Shown here in pieces: positions 36,529 through 46,710 of a DNA stretch of 63,629 nt (position 1 is the stretch's first letter; every line of letters starts with the position of its first letter). The DNA comes from a virus (Duplodnaviria > Caudoviricetes): positions 1 through 63,629 of the IMG/VR virus record IMGVR_UViG_3300019781_000017. One strand, given 5' to 3'. The position numbers and the translations under genes are program-made. The notes below the pieces were generated by a model. It did not search any database. It worked only from the letters and a program-made list of their open reading frames with translations, and was not told where the DNA came from.

Positions 36529-39341
36529 TGTGGTTCCTTGTCGCACTGTTCGTTGTATCGCTGGCCGCATCGCTCCTGCTGACACCGAAAGCGAAGTTTG
36601 AGAACGCCCGTGCATCGGGCATCGACGACCTCAGCTTCCCGCGTGCGGACGAGGGTGCGCCAGTCCCGCTGATCTTTGGTCGCGTGCTTATGCGCGGTCC
36701 GAACACCGGATGGGTCGGGGACTTCGAAGCTGTCCCCATCAAGAAGAAGCAGAAGACCGGTCTGTTCAGCAGCAAGAAGGTCATTGTCGGATACACCTAT
36801 TATGTCGGTCTGCAACTGGTGCTGGCGCTGGGGCGCTGCACCTTGCACAAGATCGTCATGGACAAGGACACTCTGTGGAGCGGCACCGCTAGCGCGGACG
36901 GCACGCTGATCAACGTCAACCTGCCAAACCTGTTCGGGGGCAAGGAAAAGGGTGGCGGGTTCATTGGGAACCTCCGCTATTACACGGGCAGCGTCACGCA
37001 GACGGTCAACGCTTACCTTGCGAGCAAGACCGGGGCAGCTGACACCCCTGCCTATCGTGGGTTCGCTTACCTCGTGCTTGAGAAGTGCGGTATCGGTGAG
37101 AGCAATCAGCTTCGCGCTATCCAGATGGAGCTGTCCCAATACACGAACGGGCTTGGGCTCGCTGGTGGCATTGAGCAGATCGGGGACGACATGAACCCGA
37201 TGGAGTTGCTGTATCAGGCGTTCACCCTGGACTGGGGCGGGCTTGACGTCACTCCGGACTTGCTGGACATCGACAGCCTGAAGGCGTGCGCGCAGACCCT
37301 GTTTGACGAGTCGAACGGGATGTCGCTTTGCATCTCCGCACCTAACGGGGGCAAGGAGCTTGCCAACGAAGTGCTGCGCCAGGTTGACGGGCTTATGTAT
37401 CAAGACCCGCTCAACGGCAAGATGGTCATGAAGCTGATCCGCAATGACTACGATGTCGACGACCTGCCGGTCTTTGACGAGTCGAACATCATTATGATCC
37501 GCAGCTTTACGTCCAAGCTGTGGGAGGACACTGTCAATCAGGTTCGCGTGAAATATACGAACCGTGAGAAGAACTATGCGACCGGGACCAGCATGGTCCA
37601 GGACATGGCGAACATCAATGCGCAGGGGCGGGTCCGCTCCATCACTCAATCGTATCCGGGCATTATGAACGGCACGCTTAGCGTCGAGGTTGCAACGAAG
37701 GACCTTTCGCAGAGCTCGGTCCCGCTGATGTCAGCCAGCATCGAAATGAACCGAGAGGGTGCAGCGCTGCGCCCCGGTGACCCGTTCCTGTGGGCTTGGG
37801 ATGCTTATGGCCTGGAGCGTGTGGTCATGCGAGTCAAGAATTTCGATCTTGGGGCGCTCAACGACAATCGCATCGCGGTCGAGTGCAACCAAGACGACTT
37901 CGCTGTCGACCTGACAGTGTTCGCACCCCCGTCCGGTGAGGGGTCCGGTATCATTCCGCCGAGTGACCCCGCTGTTGCTGCACCCTCCCGCATCGTTCGC
38001 GAGGGGTCTTACTTCTTCGCAACGTCGTCGGGTATGGCGATCGCAGCGGACCAGTCGCTTATCGTTGTCGCAGCGGAAGCGCCCACGGGTTCGAACGAAT
38101 ACGATATCTATACGTCCGTTGATACGGTCAACTATAACGAATCCGAAACCGGCGTCGTTTACAGCCCCCGCGGAAGCATGGGTGAGAGCATTTCTGCAGC
38201 GGCGGGTCTGTCGACGGGCTCAATGGCAACCCTCCTTATCGCCAGCGAAAGCGATGAGATCGAGAGCGTCACCGCTGCCGAGATTGCGCAGGGTTACGGC
38301 ATGTTCTATGTCGGAGCGGAGCTGTTCGCACATCAGGGCGTCACGGACAACGGGGACGGAACCTTTACCCTCGCCAACGTCCGTCGCGCCCTGCTCGATA
38401 CCGTGCCCACCGCCCACACCCTCGGGGACGCGGTCTGGTTCATCCTTGGGGACAACGTCGTTGACGACGGGTTCGGCTGGACCGATACCGTGCGCGTCAA
38501 GATCACTCCGCGCACTTACAAGGACAGCCTCGACGTCACTACTGCGCCTTACAATGCAGTCACGCTGAACAAGCGCGCCCAGCGTCCCATGCGGCCAGGC
38601 AACGTGAAATTCGACGGCGGCACTGCATTCGCTCCGCCCGCTGTGGGCACGGGGAGCAAGACGGTCACGTGGGCTAACCGCTCACGCCTTGTGCCAACTG
38701 TGCTTTCCGTGGTTGACGCGTCGAACGAATACGAACCCGGCCAGCAGACCATCTTCCGCTATCGCAAGAACGGCGGCGCATGGGTTGCGGCCACCATTCC
38801 GCCCGGAGTGACCACATACACGTTCGACGCTGCCGCAGGTGGCGGGGATACGGTGGACTATGAAATCTACTCGACCCGCGACGGTCTGGACAGCTTCAGC
38901 AAGTGGAGCTTCACCGCTGGGGCTAGCTCGGGCACGGGGTCAAACCCTGACACGGGTGGCAGCACGCCCCCTGACACGACGCCCGGTTACACCCCGCCAG
39001 CTGACCCCGTTGGACTGGTCTTCCCGTTCGGTGAAACGATTGGCACTTACCCGATCGACTTGCCCGTCACGTTCAAGATGGAGATCCCGAACAACTTTGC
39101 AGGGTCGAACGCGGATGTCCGTGCTAACCCGACGTCAACGGCCGTGTTCACCGTTAGCAAGAACGGCAGCTCCATCGGAACCGTTTCGGTTAACACTTCC
39201 GGGGTTGCAACCTTCAACACGACGGGGGCAGGGGTCACCCTTGAGCCTGGCGACACGCTCAGCATTGAGGGTCCGAGCCCTGAAGATGCAACCCTGAAGG
39301 GCGTTACGATCACAATCTCTGCTTCGAAGGATCTCGAATAA
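36528..39341 (+). CDS. tail tip / central fibre protein (gpJ/GTA-like)
   Basis: FPRADEGAPVPLIFG, PAYRG, NVRRALLDT. Confidence 0.85.
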   Translation: MWFLVALFVVSLAASLLLTPKAKFENARASGIDDLSFPRADEGAPVPLIFGRVLMRGPNTGWVGDFEAVPIKKKQKTGLFSSKKVIVGYTYYVGLQLVLALGRCTLHKIVMDKDTLWSGTASADGTLINVNLPNLFGGKEKGGGFIGNLRYYTGSVTQTVNAYLASKTGAADTPAYRGFAYLVLEKCGIGESNQLRAIQMELSQYTNGLGLAGGIEQIGDDMNPMELLYQAFTLDWGGLDVTPDLLDIDSLKACAQTLFDESNGMSLCISAPNGGKELANEVLRQVDGLMYQDPLNGKMVMKLIRNDYDVDDLPVFDESNIIMIRSFTSKLWEDTVNQVRVKYTNREKNYATGTSMVQDMANINAQGRVRSITQSYPGIMNGTLSVEVATKDLSQSSVPLMSASIEMNREGAALRPGDPFLWAWDAYGLERVVMRVKNFDLGALNDNRIAVECNQDDFAVDLTVFAPPSGEGSGIIPPSDPAVAAPSRIVREGSYFFATSSGMAIAADQSLIVVAAEAPTGSNEYDIYTSVDTVNYNESETGVVYSPRGSMGESISAAAGLSTGSMATLLIASESDEIESVTAAEIAQGYGMFYVGAELFAHQGVTDNGDGTFTLANVRRALLDTVPTAHTLGDAVWFILGDNVVDDGFGWTDTVRVKITPRTYKDSLDVTTAPYNAVTLNKRAQRPMRPGNVKFDGGTAFAPPAVGTGSKTVTWANRSRLVPTVLSVVDASNEYEPGQQTIFRYRKNGGAWVAATIPPGVTTYTFDAAAGGGDTVDYEIYSTRDGLDSFSKWSFTAGASSGTGSNPDTGGSTPPDTTPGYTPPADPVGLVFPFGETIGTYPIDLPVTFKMEIPNNFAGSNADVRANPTSTAVFTVSKNGSSIGTVSVNTSGVATFNTTGAGVTLEPGDTLSIEGPSPEDATLKGVTITISASKDLE

Positions 39342-40384
39342 TGGCGTTCATCATTATTGATGGGTTCGACACCTATAACGGGACCGACACCCTTATCGGG
39401 TTGCGGAACAAGTGGGCGTCGTCAGGTTCGAACAGTGCATACTCCATGGCTGATGGGCGCTTCGATGGACAGTCGGTTCGCCTTGCTGACGGCACAGGCA
39501 CGAACGCAGCGGTGCAGCGCCAGCTTGCATCGACCATCACTACGTTCTGCATCGGTTGGGCTATGCGCGTCACGTCGCTGTCCTCAGGCGGTGTCCCCGC
39601 CAACCAGCCAACCCTGGCCCTCAAGGACAGCGCGGCAGCTTATCAGATCTCGGTTGCGGTCAACGCAGATGGTGCAATCAAGCTGTATCGTGGTGATGCC
39701 GCGGCGCTGCTCGTCGCCTCCGCCGCTGGTGTGGTCCTCAATGATAGCTGGCAGTATTACGAGCTCGTTGGCACCATCGCTAACAGCGGCGCCACGCTTG
39801 ACCTGTATGTCGACGGAGCGCTGGCCTGCACTTTCACAGGCGACACGCAACACACCGCGAACACGAACGTCCAGTATGTCGAACTAGCTGCCGCTGATGG
39901 CACCGGCTCGGTGACCGTCACATACTACGACGACTTCTATATGACCGACACCGCTGTCCGCGTTGGCGAACGTCGCGTGAAGACCATCTATCCCGTTGCG
40001 GATACAGCGGCAGCGGACTGGGCGCCAGCAACGGGGGCGGATCACTATGCAATGGTGAACTCCGCGACGGTTGATACAACCGGCTTCATTGCTGCCAGCA
40101 CGGTTGGTGATGCTGATCGCTTCGAGATGGGTGACCTCGGTGTCACGCCCATTACGATTGACGCGGTGCAGGTGTCCGCCTTTGCTAAGAAGACAGACGC
40201 GACAGCGCGCACGCTCAACCTCCAGCTTGAGTCCGGTGCAACTGAGCAGGACGGGTCAGCTGTAACGCTTGGCACGAACTACGGTCGCTTCGAACGCATC
40301 CAAGCAACGAACCCTGACGGGGGCGGTGCCTGGAACGCTGCATCCGTGAACGCTCTCAAGGCAGGTGTTAAGGTCGCTTCGTAA
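39341..40384 (+). CDS. tail-associated protein with ConA/LamG-like fold (receptor binding?)
   Basis: DGFD; WQYYEL...LYVDG...YYDDFY. Confidence 0.65.
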   Translation: MAFIIIDGFDTYNGTDTLIGLRNKWASSGSNSAYSMADGRFDGQSVRLADGTGTNAAVQRQLASTITTFCIGWAMRVTSLSSGGVPANQPTLALKDSAAAYQISVAVNADGAIKLYRGDAAALLVASAAGVVLNDSWQYYELVGTIANSGATLDLYVDGALACTFTGDTQHTANTNVQYVELAAADGTGSVTVTYYDDFYMTDTAVRVGERRVKTIYPVADTAAADWAPATGADHYAMVNSATVDTTGFIAASTVGDADRFEMGDLGVTPITIDAVQVSAFAKKTDATARTLNLQLESGATEQDGSAVTLGTNYGRFERIQATNPDGGGAWNAASVNALKAGVKVAS

Positions 40385-40653
40385 TGGCGAACGAATATGT
40401 CGTCAGTCAGGTTGCCGCTGAGGTAGTTGAGTCCACCGGCTCGGGGACGCATCGTGTCGTCGACATGGCGGTGGAAGTCCTGTTCTCAGGGTTGTCTGAA
40501 GCGCAAGTGTCCGACGTGTGGATGGAGGTGCTGGTCTCCAACGCTGGTGGCGTAGGCGGTCCGGCCCGCGTGAGCAATATGTGGACCGAAGTTCTTATGG
40601 CGCTCACCCCTGCAACCGCTGGCAGGCGCCGCGCTGCGCAGATCATTGGGTAG
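40384..40653 (+). CDS. small protein with four V.....EV(L/V) repeats
   Basis: TAATG coupling; internal repeats. Confidence 0.65.
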   Translation: MANEYVVSQVAAEVVESTGSGTHRVVDMAVEVLFSGLSEAQVSDVWMEVLVSNAGGVGGPARVSNMWTEVLMALTPATAGRRRAAQIIG

Positions 40654-40706
40654 CTGTAGCGCTAGAACTATGCTGTGCCGGGTAGCGCCGGGGCAGGGTA
40701 AGCGAA

Positions 40707-40740
40707 AGGGGGTGCGCCGCCCCTTGGGTAGCGCACCCCG
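40707..40740. terminator. hairpin between convergent transcription units
   Basis: ggggtgcgc...gcgcacccc. Confidence 0.55.
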
Positions 40741-40776
40741 CTTGCCGGTGCTGTAGCCGCCTTAAAACCGCCCTAC

Positions 40777-43002
40777 CTATGCAGCTTCAGCCGGAAGTGC
40801 GCCAATGTCGCGCAGCATCCTAACAGCTTCAGTGATATACCAGTCGTGATCCACGTCTGAAGGCACCTGATTATCGTTGGCGAACACCATCATCGGCTTC
40901 GCACCGTCCGAGCGGGGCACCTTGTTCCCCGACTGCGCATAGACCAGCTCACCGGGGACGTCCTTGGCATAATACCAGCGCACCGTCTTGCCAACGAACT
41001 CGGTCTCACCGGGAACGGCAAGCTGCTCCTTCGCAATCTCGTAAGCCTTATCGGTGTGGCGCGCATAGCGGTCCGACTCACCCTCCCTGATCCAAGCATC
41101 CTGGGCAAACTCAATGAAGCCAGCCGCTCGAATAAGTTCTTCCTTGCTTGCGTGCTCAGGGACCGTGCTGCTCCACACCTTCACCGCGCCGCCCTTGACG
41201 CTGCGCACCGTAACGAACTTGCGAATGTCCGTCTCGTTGCGGATGGTGTGGTCAATGGGGGTGCCCTTGATCAGCAGCGCTTCAACCGCTTCCACGCAGA
41301 CGGTTGTCGTCGGGTTCTTGTGGAGACGCATGGCAAGGTTCTTCGGGTCGTTCCAGGGGTTGGCGTATGCACCCTTCGACTTAATGCCGTCGGGGATCTC
41401 CAGCCACTTGTTCGTTGCCTTGTCGAACTTCTGCTTCACTGCAATGTAGTTGTTCACGTCGCGCGAGTAGAGCGACAGGTAGCGGGTTTCCTCCGTCTTG
41501 TATTGCGTGCGCTGCTCCCACTCAGCAACAACCGCGTCAAGGATGTGAACCCCGTTGCGTGGGCACTTGATAACAATGCCGTCGGTGTTGGCGCTGACCA
41601 CATGGATGCCCGCCATTTCCAGCATTTCGATCAGTAGCAGGATGCTCAGCTGACCCGTCAGCGTTGTCTGCGTCAGGAAGTTCGGTGCGTAGAGGATTGA
41701 ATACTTGCTACCGAACTTGCCGAACGACCCGTTGATAACAATCTTGAGCGAGTCCGCGACGGGCTTGTTGCCAGCCGCCTTCGCTGCCAAGCGTCGGTCA
41801 ACGATGGTGCGATACACCTGCAAGAACACTGGGCCCAAGTGCTCAGGATACATGCCTTGGTTCAGGATGATGCGGGGGTAGAAGGACTCAACGTCCTTGT
41901 CGATCATAATGTAGTTCTCGTCGGTATGGTGCGCCACCGTGCTTTCGGTGCTGTGCAGCCCGCCGATCCCCATCGTGTAGGTCGTGCCGTTGATGTCCAG
42001 CTTGAGGTCTTTAATCTCCTCCGGCATTGCAATGGAGCCGGTGTAGTCAACGACGAACTTGGCACGCGCCACCACACTGAGCGCCCACTGCATCAGCGGG
42101 GACTTAAATGCCATCCAAGGTGGCACTTGATAACGGAACGTCGTCCCGACCTCAATCTCAGGGCGCTTGGGACGGATCCCCGTGCGCCTTTGCAGCTCAG
42201 CGGACATAACCGCTTCGGCGATCTGCGCGTCGGACTTGGACCGCAAGTCAACCTTGTATTCGTTCGACAGCGTATAGCGCAACTCGATCTGCTCTTTGAG
42301 CGTCTCGCGGAGGTGCGCGGTGTTGTGCGTGTCGTTGACGCAATACCAGCGCACGATCGCAATCTGGTTCATTGACAGGATGGTTGACGGGTGGAACGGA
42401 AGGTCCTGCATCTTGCGGGAGTGCATCCGTCCCGCATAACCCTTCAGCGATGCGAACAGGGGTGCCACCTCGATAAGATCGATATGGTCGCACTTCACCG
42501 ACTTCGCTTTGTTCTTGCGTCGCACGTCGCTGCCACGCTGCTCTTCCTGAATGATCTGGTCCGACGCTTGCTTCAGCTTCAGCAGGGACAGACCGTGGAT
42601 CGCCATCTCGCACATGGGCAAATCGTAATTGATGCCATTGAACGTGACGCAGGTATAATTCTCCAGCATCCATTGGAGCTTGCGGCGGTCGAGCGGGGGC
42701 CCGCCCTCCCATTCCTCAACCAGTGCAATCTTGCCCGTCACGAGGTTCGTGAAGATGACAAGGAAGTAGTTCCCATAACATTCGACGTCGGTGATCATTT
42801 CCTGCCGCTGCTGGCGTGCAACGGCAAGATCTTCGAGCGTCATAAACTGGACGGGGAACTGTAGCGCCTCAGCGAGGCCTGGGAGGTAGCTGGGATCGAG
42901 CCACGTGGGCTTCGGTGGAACCCGCTTCATCTGCTCCTTCTTTGGAGCCTTCGGCGGCGGGGTGTCATCCCAAAAGAATCCGATTGAGTCGTTGCGTGCC
43001 AT
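40777..43002 (-). CDS. DNA polymerase, family B
   Basis: exonuclease motifs TDVE, FNGINYD, YCVND; polymerase motifs DVESFYP, KIVINGSFGK, NTDG. Confidence 0.88.
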   Translation of the reverse strand: MARNDSIGFFWDDTPPPKAPKKEQMKRVPPKPTWLDPSYLPGLAEALQFPVQFMTLEDLAVARQQRQEMITDVECYGNYFLVIFTNLVTGKIALVEEWEGGPPLDRRKLQWMLENYTCVTFNGINYDLPMCEMAIHGLSLLKLKQASDQIIQEEQRGSDVRRKNKAKSVKCDHIDLIEVAPLFASLKGYAGRMHSRKMQDLPFHPSTILSMNQIAIVRWYCVNDTHNTAHLRETLKEQIELRYTLSNEYKVDLRSKSDAQIAEAVMSAELQRRTGIRPKRPEIEVGTTFRYQVPPWMAFKSPLMQWALSVVARAKFVVDYTGSIAMPEEIKDLKLDINGTTYTMGIGGLHSTESTVAHHTDENYIMIDKDVESFYPRIILNQGMYPEHLGPVFLQVYRTIVDRRLAAKAAGNKPVADSLKIVINGSFGKFGSKYSILYAPNFLTQTTLTGQLSILLLIEMLEMAGIHVVSANTDGIVIKCPRNGVHILDAVVAEWEQRTQYKTEETRYLSLYSRDVNNYIAVKQKFDKATNKWLEIPDGIKSKGAYANPWNDPKNLAMRLHKNPTTTVCVEAVEALLIKGTPIDHTIRNETDIRKFVTVRSVKGGAVKVWSSTVPEHASKEELIRAAGFIEFAQDAWIREGESDRYARHTDKAYEIAKEQLAVPGETEFVGKTVRWYYAKDVPGELVYAQSGNKVPRSDGAKPMMVFANDNQVPSDVDHDWYITEAVRMLRDIGALPAEAA

Positions 43003-43054
43003 GTATTACTCCGGAGGCAATATAGCGTGCCGTGGCGCTGGTAGAAGTTGGAGC

Positions 43055-43189
43055 TTATCGGTTGTTCGGTCGGCGCTTCACAGTCTTGGGCTTCTCCTTC
43101 ATCTTGCCATTGCAGGTTGGGCAACCCTTGTGGTCATACAGATACATATTCCCGCAAGCGGTGCATTTGACTTTGCGCCGGCGGACCAT
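43055..43189 (-). CDS. 44-aa basic Zn-ribbon protein, not in ORF track
   Basis: MVRRRKVKCTACG...GCPTCNG...; TGATG coupling to the clamp-like gene. Confidence 0.55.
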   Translation of the reverse strand: MVRRRKVKCTACGNMYLYDHKGCPTCNGKMKEKPKTVKRRPNNR

Positions 43190-44181
43190 CAGCCGTTCAC
43201 CGAGAACTGCTGACCCTCGAAGTGCGACCGCATTCCGATGATCGCTCCGCGCAACCGCTGCCCGAAGAACAGCGCGGGCTCGGGGTATAGGGTAAAGTCC
43301 GCGTGAGTCACCACACCATCGAGCAGGCTCAGCATCGCGATGTTATAGCAGCCCTGGAACTCCAACCCGTCGACCTCGACGCTGCCACCCTGCTCCTCTT
43401 CGGTATGGGTTGTCAGCAGCCCGTGGTTGATGTAGATGCGGCTGCTCCCGTCCGCGAGGCGCTGTAGCTTGGTGATGGCGGGGAACAGTTCGTCCGGTAG
43501 CCTGACAGGCTCGTTCGGTCGGTTAAGGATCTTGGTGATCATTTCGAAGGGCCACTCAACCCCGAGCAACTGGCTGCGGATCCAGCACTCGTTCTCGTAG
43601 TGGAATGTGATACTGTTGCCCGCCAGCTGGGCGTGCGTCGGGGGTTCGTTGACCCGAAGCATTTCCTTGATGCAAGCCTTGGGCACGTTGATCTGGCGGG
43701 GGAACGCTGCGCCCAGCCAATACTCAACGACGCAAGTGTTGTTCGTTGCAAAGGCGGATTGCCCGTTCAGAAGCACCCCGTTCGTCCATGGGCGTGACGC
43801 ATCGTTACCGATAAAGGGATAGAGCACCTTCACCGCTTCGAGCAGTGCGACCCCGTCGAACGCAAGCGGCTCACCCTCAGGGCTGGGATGGAACCCCGTG
43901 TCAATCGTGTTCTCTACGAACGCACGGAACTTGCCACTCTGCACGCGCAGCTTGCCGCCGGGTGTCATGGACAGTGTGATGACTTCCTCACACTGGCTTA
44001 TCGCTTTGACAAGCTGGTCCGCTTTGGGACAGCAGTTGATGTCAAAGGGGAGCGGGCTGCTAATGGCGAGCGTTCCGTTATAGCTGCGGACGTGTCCCTG
44101 CTCGATCTGGAAGTGCGTCATCGCTGGCAGCAGATCCTTCTTGCCCACCGCGCCCTGGACGAACTTCAATTCCTTTAGCAT
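43189..44181 (-). CDS. DNA polymerase III beta (sliding clamp)-like protein
   Basis: ASRPWTNGVLL...AFATN; 330 aa; next to the polymerase. Confidence 0.7.
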   Translation of the reverse strand: MLKELKFVQGAVGKKDLLPAMTHFQIEQGHVRSYNGTLAISSPLPFDINCCPKADQLVKAISQCEEVITLSMTPGGKLRVQSGKFRAFVENTIDTGFHPSPEGEPLAFDGVALLEAVKVLYPFIGNDASRPWTNGVLLNGQSAFATNNTCVVEYWLGAAFPRQINVPKACIKEMLRVNEPPTHAQLAGNSITFHYENECWIRSQLLGVEWPFEMITKILNRPNEPVRLPDELFPAITKLQRLADGSSRIYINHGLLTTHTEEEQGGSVEVDGLEFQGCYNIAMLSLLDGVVTHADFTLYPEPALFFGQRLRGAIIGMRSHFEGQQFSVNG

Positions 44182-44384
44182 TCATGCGCTCCATACTTGT
44201 CCACCAGCTTCTTGATCACCGGGGACTTCCAGGTTTTGCCGTATCGCTCTATCACGATTGCAATTTGCATTCTACGGTGAAAGTGGCCGTGTCGCAAGTG
44301 CGCAGTTTTGCAAACGTAGAGAAGCGTATTGAGCATGATGCTCCGCTTGAGCGAGTGCGGCTTGGGGTGGCGCTTAACGTCCAT
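44175..44384 (-). CDS. hypothetical basic protein
   Basis: TGATG coupling to dpdA; GGAG RBS. Confidence 0.5.
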   Translation of the reverse strand: MDVKRHPKPHSLKRSIMLNTLLYVCKTAHLRHGHFHRRMQIAIVIERYGKTWKSPVIKKLVDKYGAHEC

Positions 44385-45343
44385 CAGAACAGCTCCGCCG
44401 AGCGAGGTTCGTAGACCCCTGTTTCCGATGCGTTCATTAGCGCGTTGACGACACCGAACGCCCACAGGTTGTAGGCAGCACGGGACTCGTAGATCTGCGA
44501 TAGACGTTCGTAGGTGAACCCGTTGTCCTCGAGCGTCTTGAACACGAAGTCAACTTCCACCTGCGACAGCGTTGTCGCGTGCTGCCCGGCGTCGTGCCTT
44601 GAGGGTGACTTCTCCGATACAGACATCGGCATAGCAGGGTTCTTGCGGCTAATGCCAGGCATGATAATGGAACCGAATGCAGCGCTCTGAATCCAGGAGG
44701 ACGAGTCGCAGCTATACCACGGATAGGCCTCCATGATCGGAACAGCGGTGATGCCAAAGCCATGCACCTTACAGCGCGGGCGCCCCGAACCGTCAGTGAG
44801 GAACTTGTCCCACATCCGGTCGAGCCAGACCATAAGCTGCTGAGTGCTGGATCCCACCATGCCGCCCAGCGTGATGTAATCGTAGTTCTGAACATAGTGT
44901 TCGAGGTAGCGCTCATCCTCCCCAGCGTGGAAACAGGGGAGGGGGCGCGCGCTGATGCCATGCTCGATCTTTAGGCGCGCTTCCATCTCAAGCTGGTTGC
45001 GATAGGTCTGGTGCGGGTCACCGATGCCGTCAAGCACTGACGCCATAAGGTTGCCGTCCTCAATGCGCAGGATGTCCATGTTGCGTGCGATATAGGAACA
45101 GTATTCCCGCACCGACAACTCGACCCCGAGGGTGTAAGCGGAGAACGCACCGCTGTCCAGGAAGATGGAAGCATTGAGCCGCCGCATGTGGTCAACATAC
45201 GATTGCTTGCCGACATAGTGCCACGACTCGAGTATGTGAGGGAGACCATTAACGATCTCCCTCTCCCGGTCGTTCAGTTTTACATAGCGGTTCATCCCCT
45301 CCATATAGGAGTTCGTATAGACCGCGGCCATATAGATGTGCAT
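44384..45343 (-). CDS. dpdA: DpdA-like DNA-guanine transglycosylase (TGT fold)
   Basis: FLDSGAFSA, LGGMV, VHGFG, SCDSSSW; clustered with que genes. Confidence 0.82.
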   Translation of the reverse strand: MHIYMAAVYTNSYMEGMNRYVKLNDREREIVNGLPHILESWHYVGKQSYVDHMRRLNASIFLDSGAFSAYTLGVELSVREYCSYIARNMDILRIEDGNLMASVLDGIGDPHQTYRNQLEMEARLKIEHGISARPLPCFHAGEDERYLEHYVQNYDYITLGGMVGSSTQQLMVWLDRMWDKFLTDGSGRPRCKVHGFGITAVPIMEAYPWYSCDSSSWIQSAAFGSIIMPGISRKNPAMPMSVSEKSPSRHDAGQHATTLSQVEVDFVFKTLEDNGFTYERLSQIYESRAAYNLWAFGVVNALMNASETGVYEPRSAELF

Positions 45344-45361
45344 CCGGGCAGCCTAGCAGGG

Positions 45362-46249
45362 TTAGCGCGCGAGCGCAAGGAACTCCGCACGGACAGCGGC
45401 GTCGGTCTTGAAGATGCCCCGGAGCGCGCTGGTGACCGTTTCTGACCCTTGTTTCTTGATGCCCCGCGACTCCATGCAGAGGTGGCGAGCGGTGATGACC
45501 ACACCGCATCCCAGCGCGCCAAGGTGCTCCTGGATAGCGTCAGCAACCTGACAGCCCAGGCGCTCCTGCACCTGCAAACGCTTCGCGTAGATGTCGAGCA
45601 AGCGTGACAGCTTCGACAGCCCCACGATCTTCTTGTTCGGCAGATACGCAATGGTGGCAGTGCCGAAGAACGGCGCCATGTGGTGCTCGCAGTGCGTATA
45701 GAAGGGGATGTCCTTCACGACGACCATCTCGTCCACACCCTCGGCACCGTCCTCGAACGTCTTGAGAACGTCCTCGGGGTTCTGGTCGTAACCCGCGCAC
45801 CATTCCTTCCAAGCCTTGGCGACCCGCTTGGGGGTTTCCTCCAGTCCGCCGCGGCTGGGATCCTCGCCGATGTATTGCAGCAGGCGGACGATATGGTCTT
45901 CGATGCCAGCGGACCCGTTCCCTTCCCACGGCCACACGACCCAGGCGTCACCATGCTCCCAGCTACGCTTGTCGATAAGCGCCTCGAAGTAGTGGTCGCC
46001 GAACCGCTCCATCGTTTTGCCGGTGTCGATAAGGTCGTCGACAATGACGTCAGCTTTGGTCCAGTCGTCTTCCACCTTGAACCGCTCGTCGCTGTCAAGT
46101 GCGAACAACGCCAGGCGCGCTGCAATGCCCGCGGTCGGAACCGCATAGACCTTGATCGAGTCGTAGCTGGCCAGCTTGGTGAGGATGCGGTTCTGCATGT
46201 CCCCAGCAAGGTCCAGGACCGAGAGTGTATCGTAAACCTGTTCGGCCAT
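45362..46249 (-). CDS. folE: GTP cyclohydrolase I with N-terminal phosphoribosyltransferase-like domain
   Basis: GEDPSRGGLEETPKRV, CEHH, GLSKL.R, LQVQERL, HLCMESRG; N-terminal VIVDDLIDTGKT and WVVWPWE. Confidence 0.9.
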   Translation of the reverse strand: MAEQVYDTLSVLDLAGDMQNRILTKLASYDSIKVYAVPTAGIAARLALFALDSDERFKVEDDWTKADVIVDDLIDTGKTMERFGDHYFEALIDKRSWEHGDAWVVWPWEGNGSAGIEDHIVRLLQYIGEDPSRGGLEETPKRVAKAWKEWCAGYDQNPEDVLKTFEDGAEGVDEMVVVKDIPFYTHCEHHMAPFFGTATIAYLPNKKIVGLSKLSRLLDIYAKRLQVQERLGCQVADAIQEHLGALGCGVVITARHLCMESRGIKKQGSETVTSALRGIFKTDAAVRAEFLALAR

Positions 46250-46250
46250 A

Positions 46251-46709
46251 TCAGTTCCCCAAGTAGCTTGCGGCGTTGCCCGCGTGTTCCCGGCACTCGA
46301 CTTCCGCAACGCGGACGCCCCGTGCAATCTCTTCCGGGGTGAGGGTTTCCTTCGCCCACCCGTGGACCATGTGCGCGAACGATTCGCACCCGACCTTCGG
46401 CACGACAACGATGTCACCGAGCAGCGGTTGGCCGTTGAAGTAAAGCGCTTCCTGGAGGTGCGCGAGGTAGGGGTCGTCCTGCGCGAGCAGCATCTTGTGA
46501 TCGAACGTGTCGCACAGGCGTTGCTTCAGGGGCTTCAGCGAACCGAAGTCCTTGACCCAGCCGTTGCCATCAAGCGTGTCACACTCGAACACAATCTTGA
46601 AGCCCAGGGCATAACCGTGGATGAAGCGGCAGTGTGACGTCGCTTGCGGTTGGCGGAAGGTAGCGGACAGGCCAAGCTCATGACCGTAGGTTTTGGTGAC
46701 GCGGTGCAT
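46251..46709 (-). CDS. queD: 6-carboxytetrahydropterin synthase
   Basis: CRFIHGY, WVKDFGSLK, FDHK, E.REH..N.A. Confidence 0.85.
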   Translation of the reverse strand: MHRVTKTYGHELGLSATFRQPQATSHCRFIHGYALGFKIVFECDTLDGNGWVKDFGSLKPLKQRLCDTFDHKMLLAQDDPYLAHLQEALYFNGQPLLGDIVVVPKVGCESFAHMVHGWAKETLTPEEIARGVRVAEVECREHAGNAASYLGN

Positions 46710-46710
46710 T

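Noticed and set aside
36528-40384. Diversity-generating retroelement or invertible tail-fibre cassette
   Set aside because: No reverse transcriptase, invertase or template/variable repeat pair seen.
40777-43002. Intein or intron in the polymerase, terminase or helicases
   Set aside because: Reading frames are continuous and of ordinary length, with no splice-junction or homing-endonuclease motifs.
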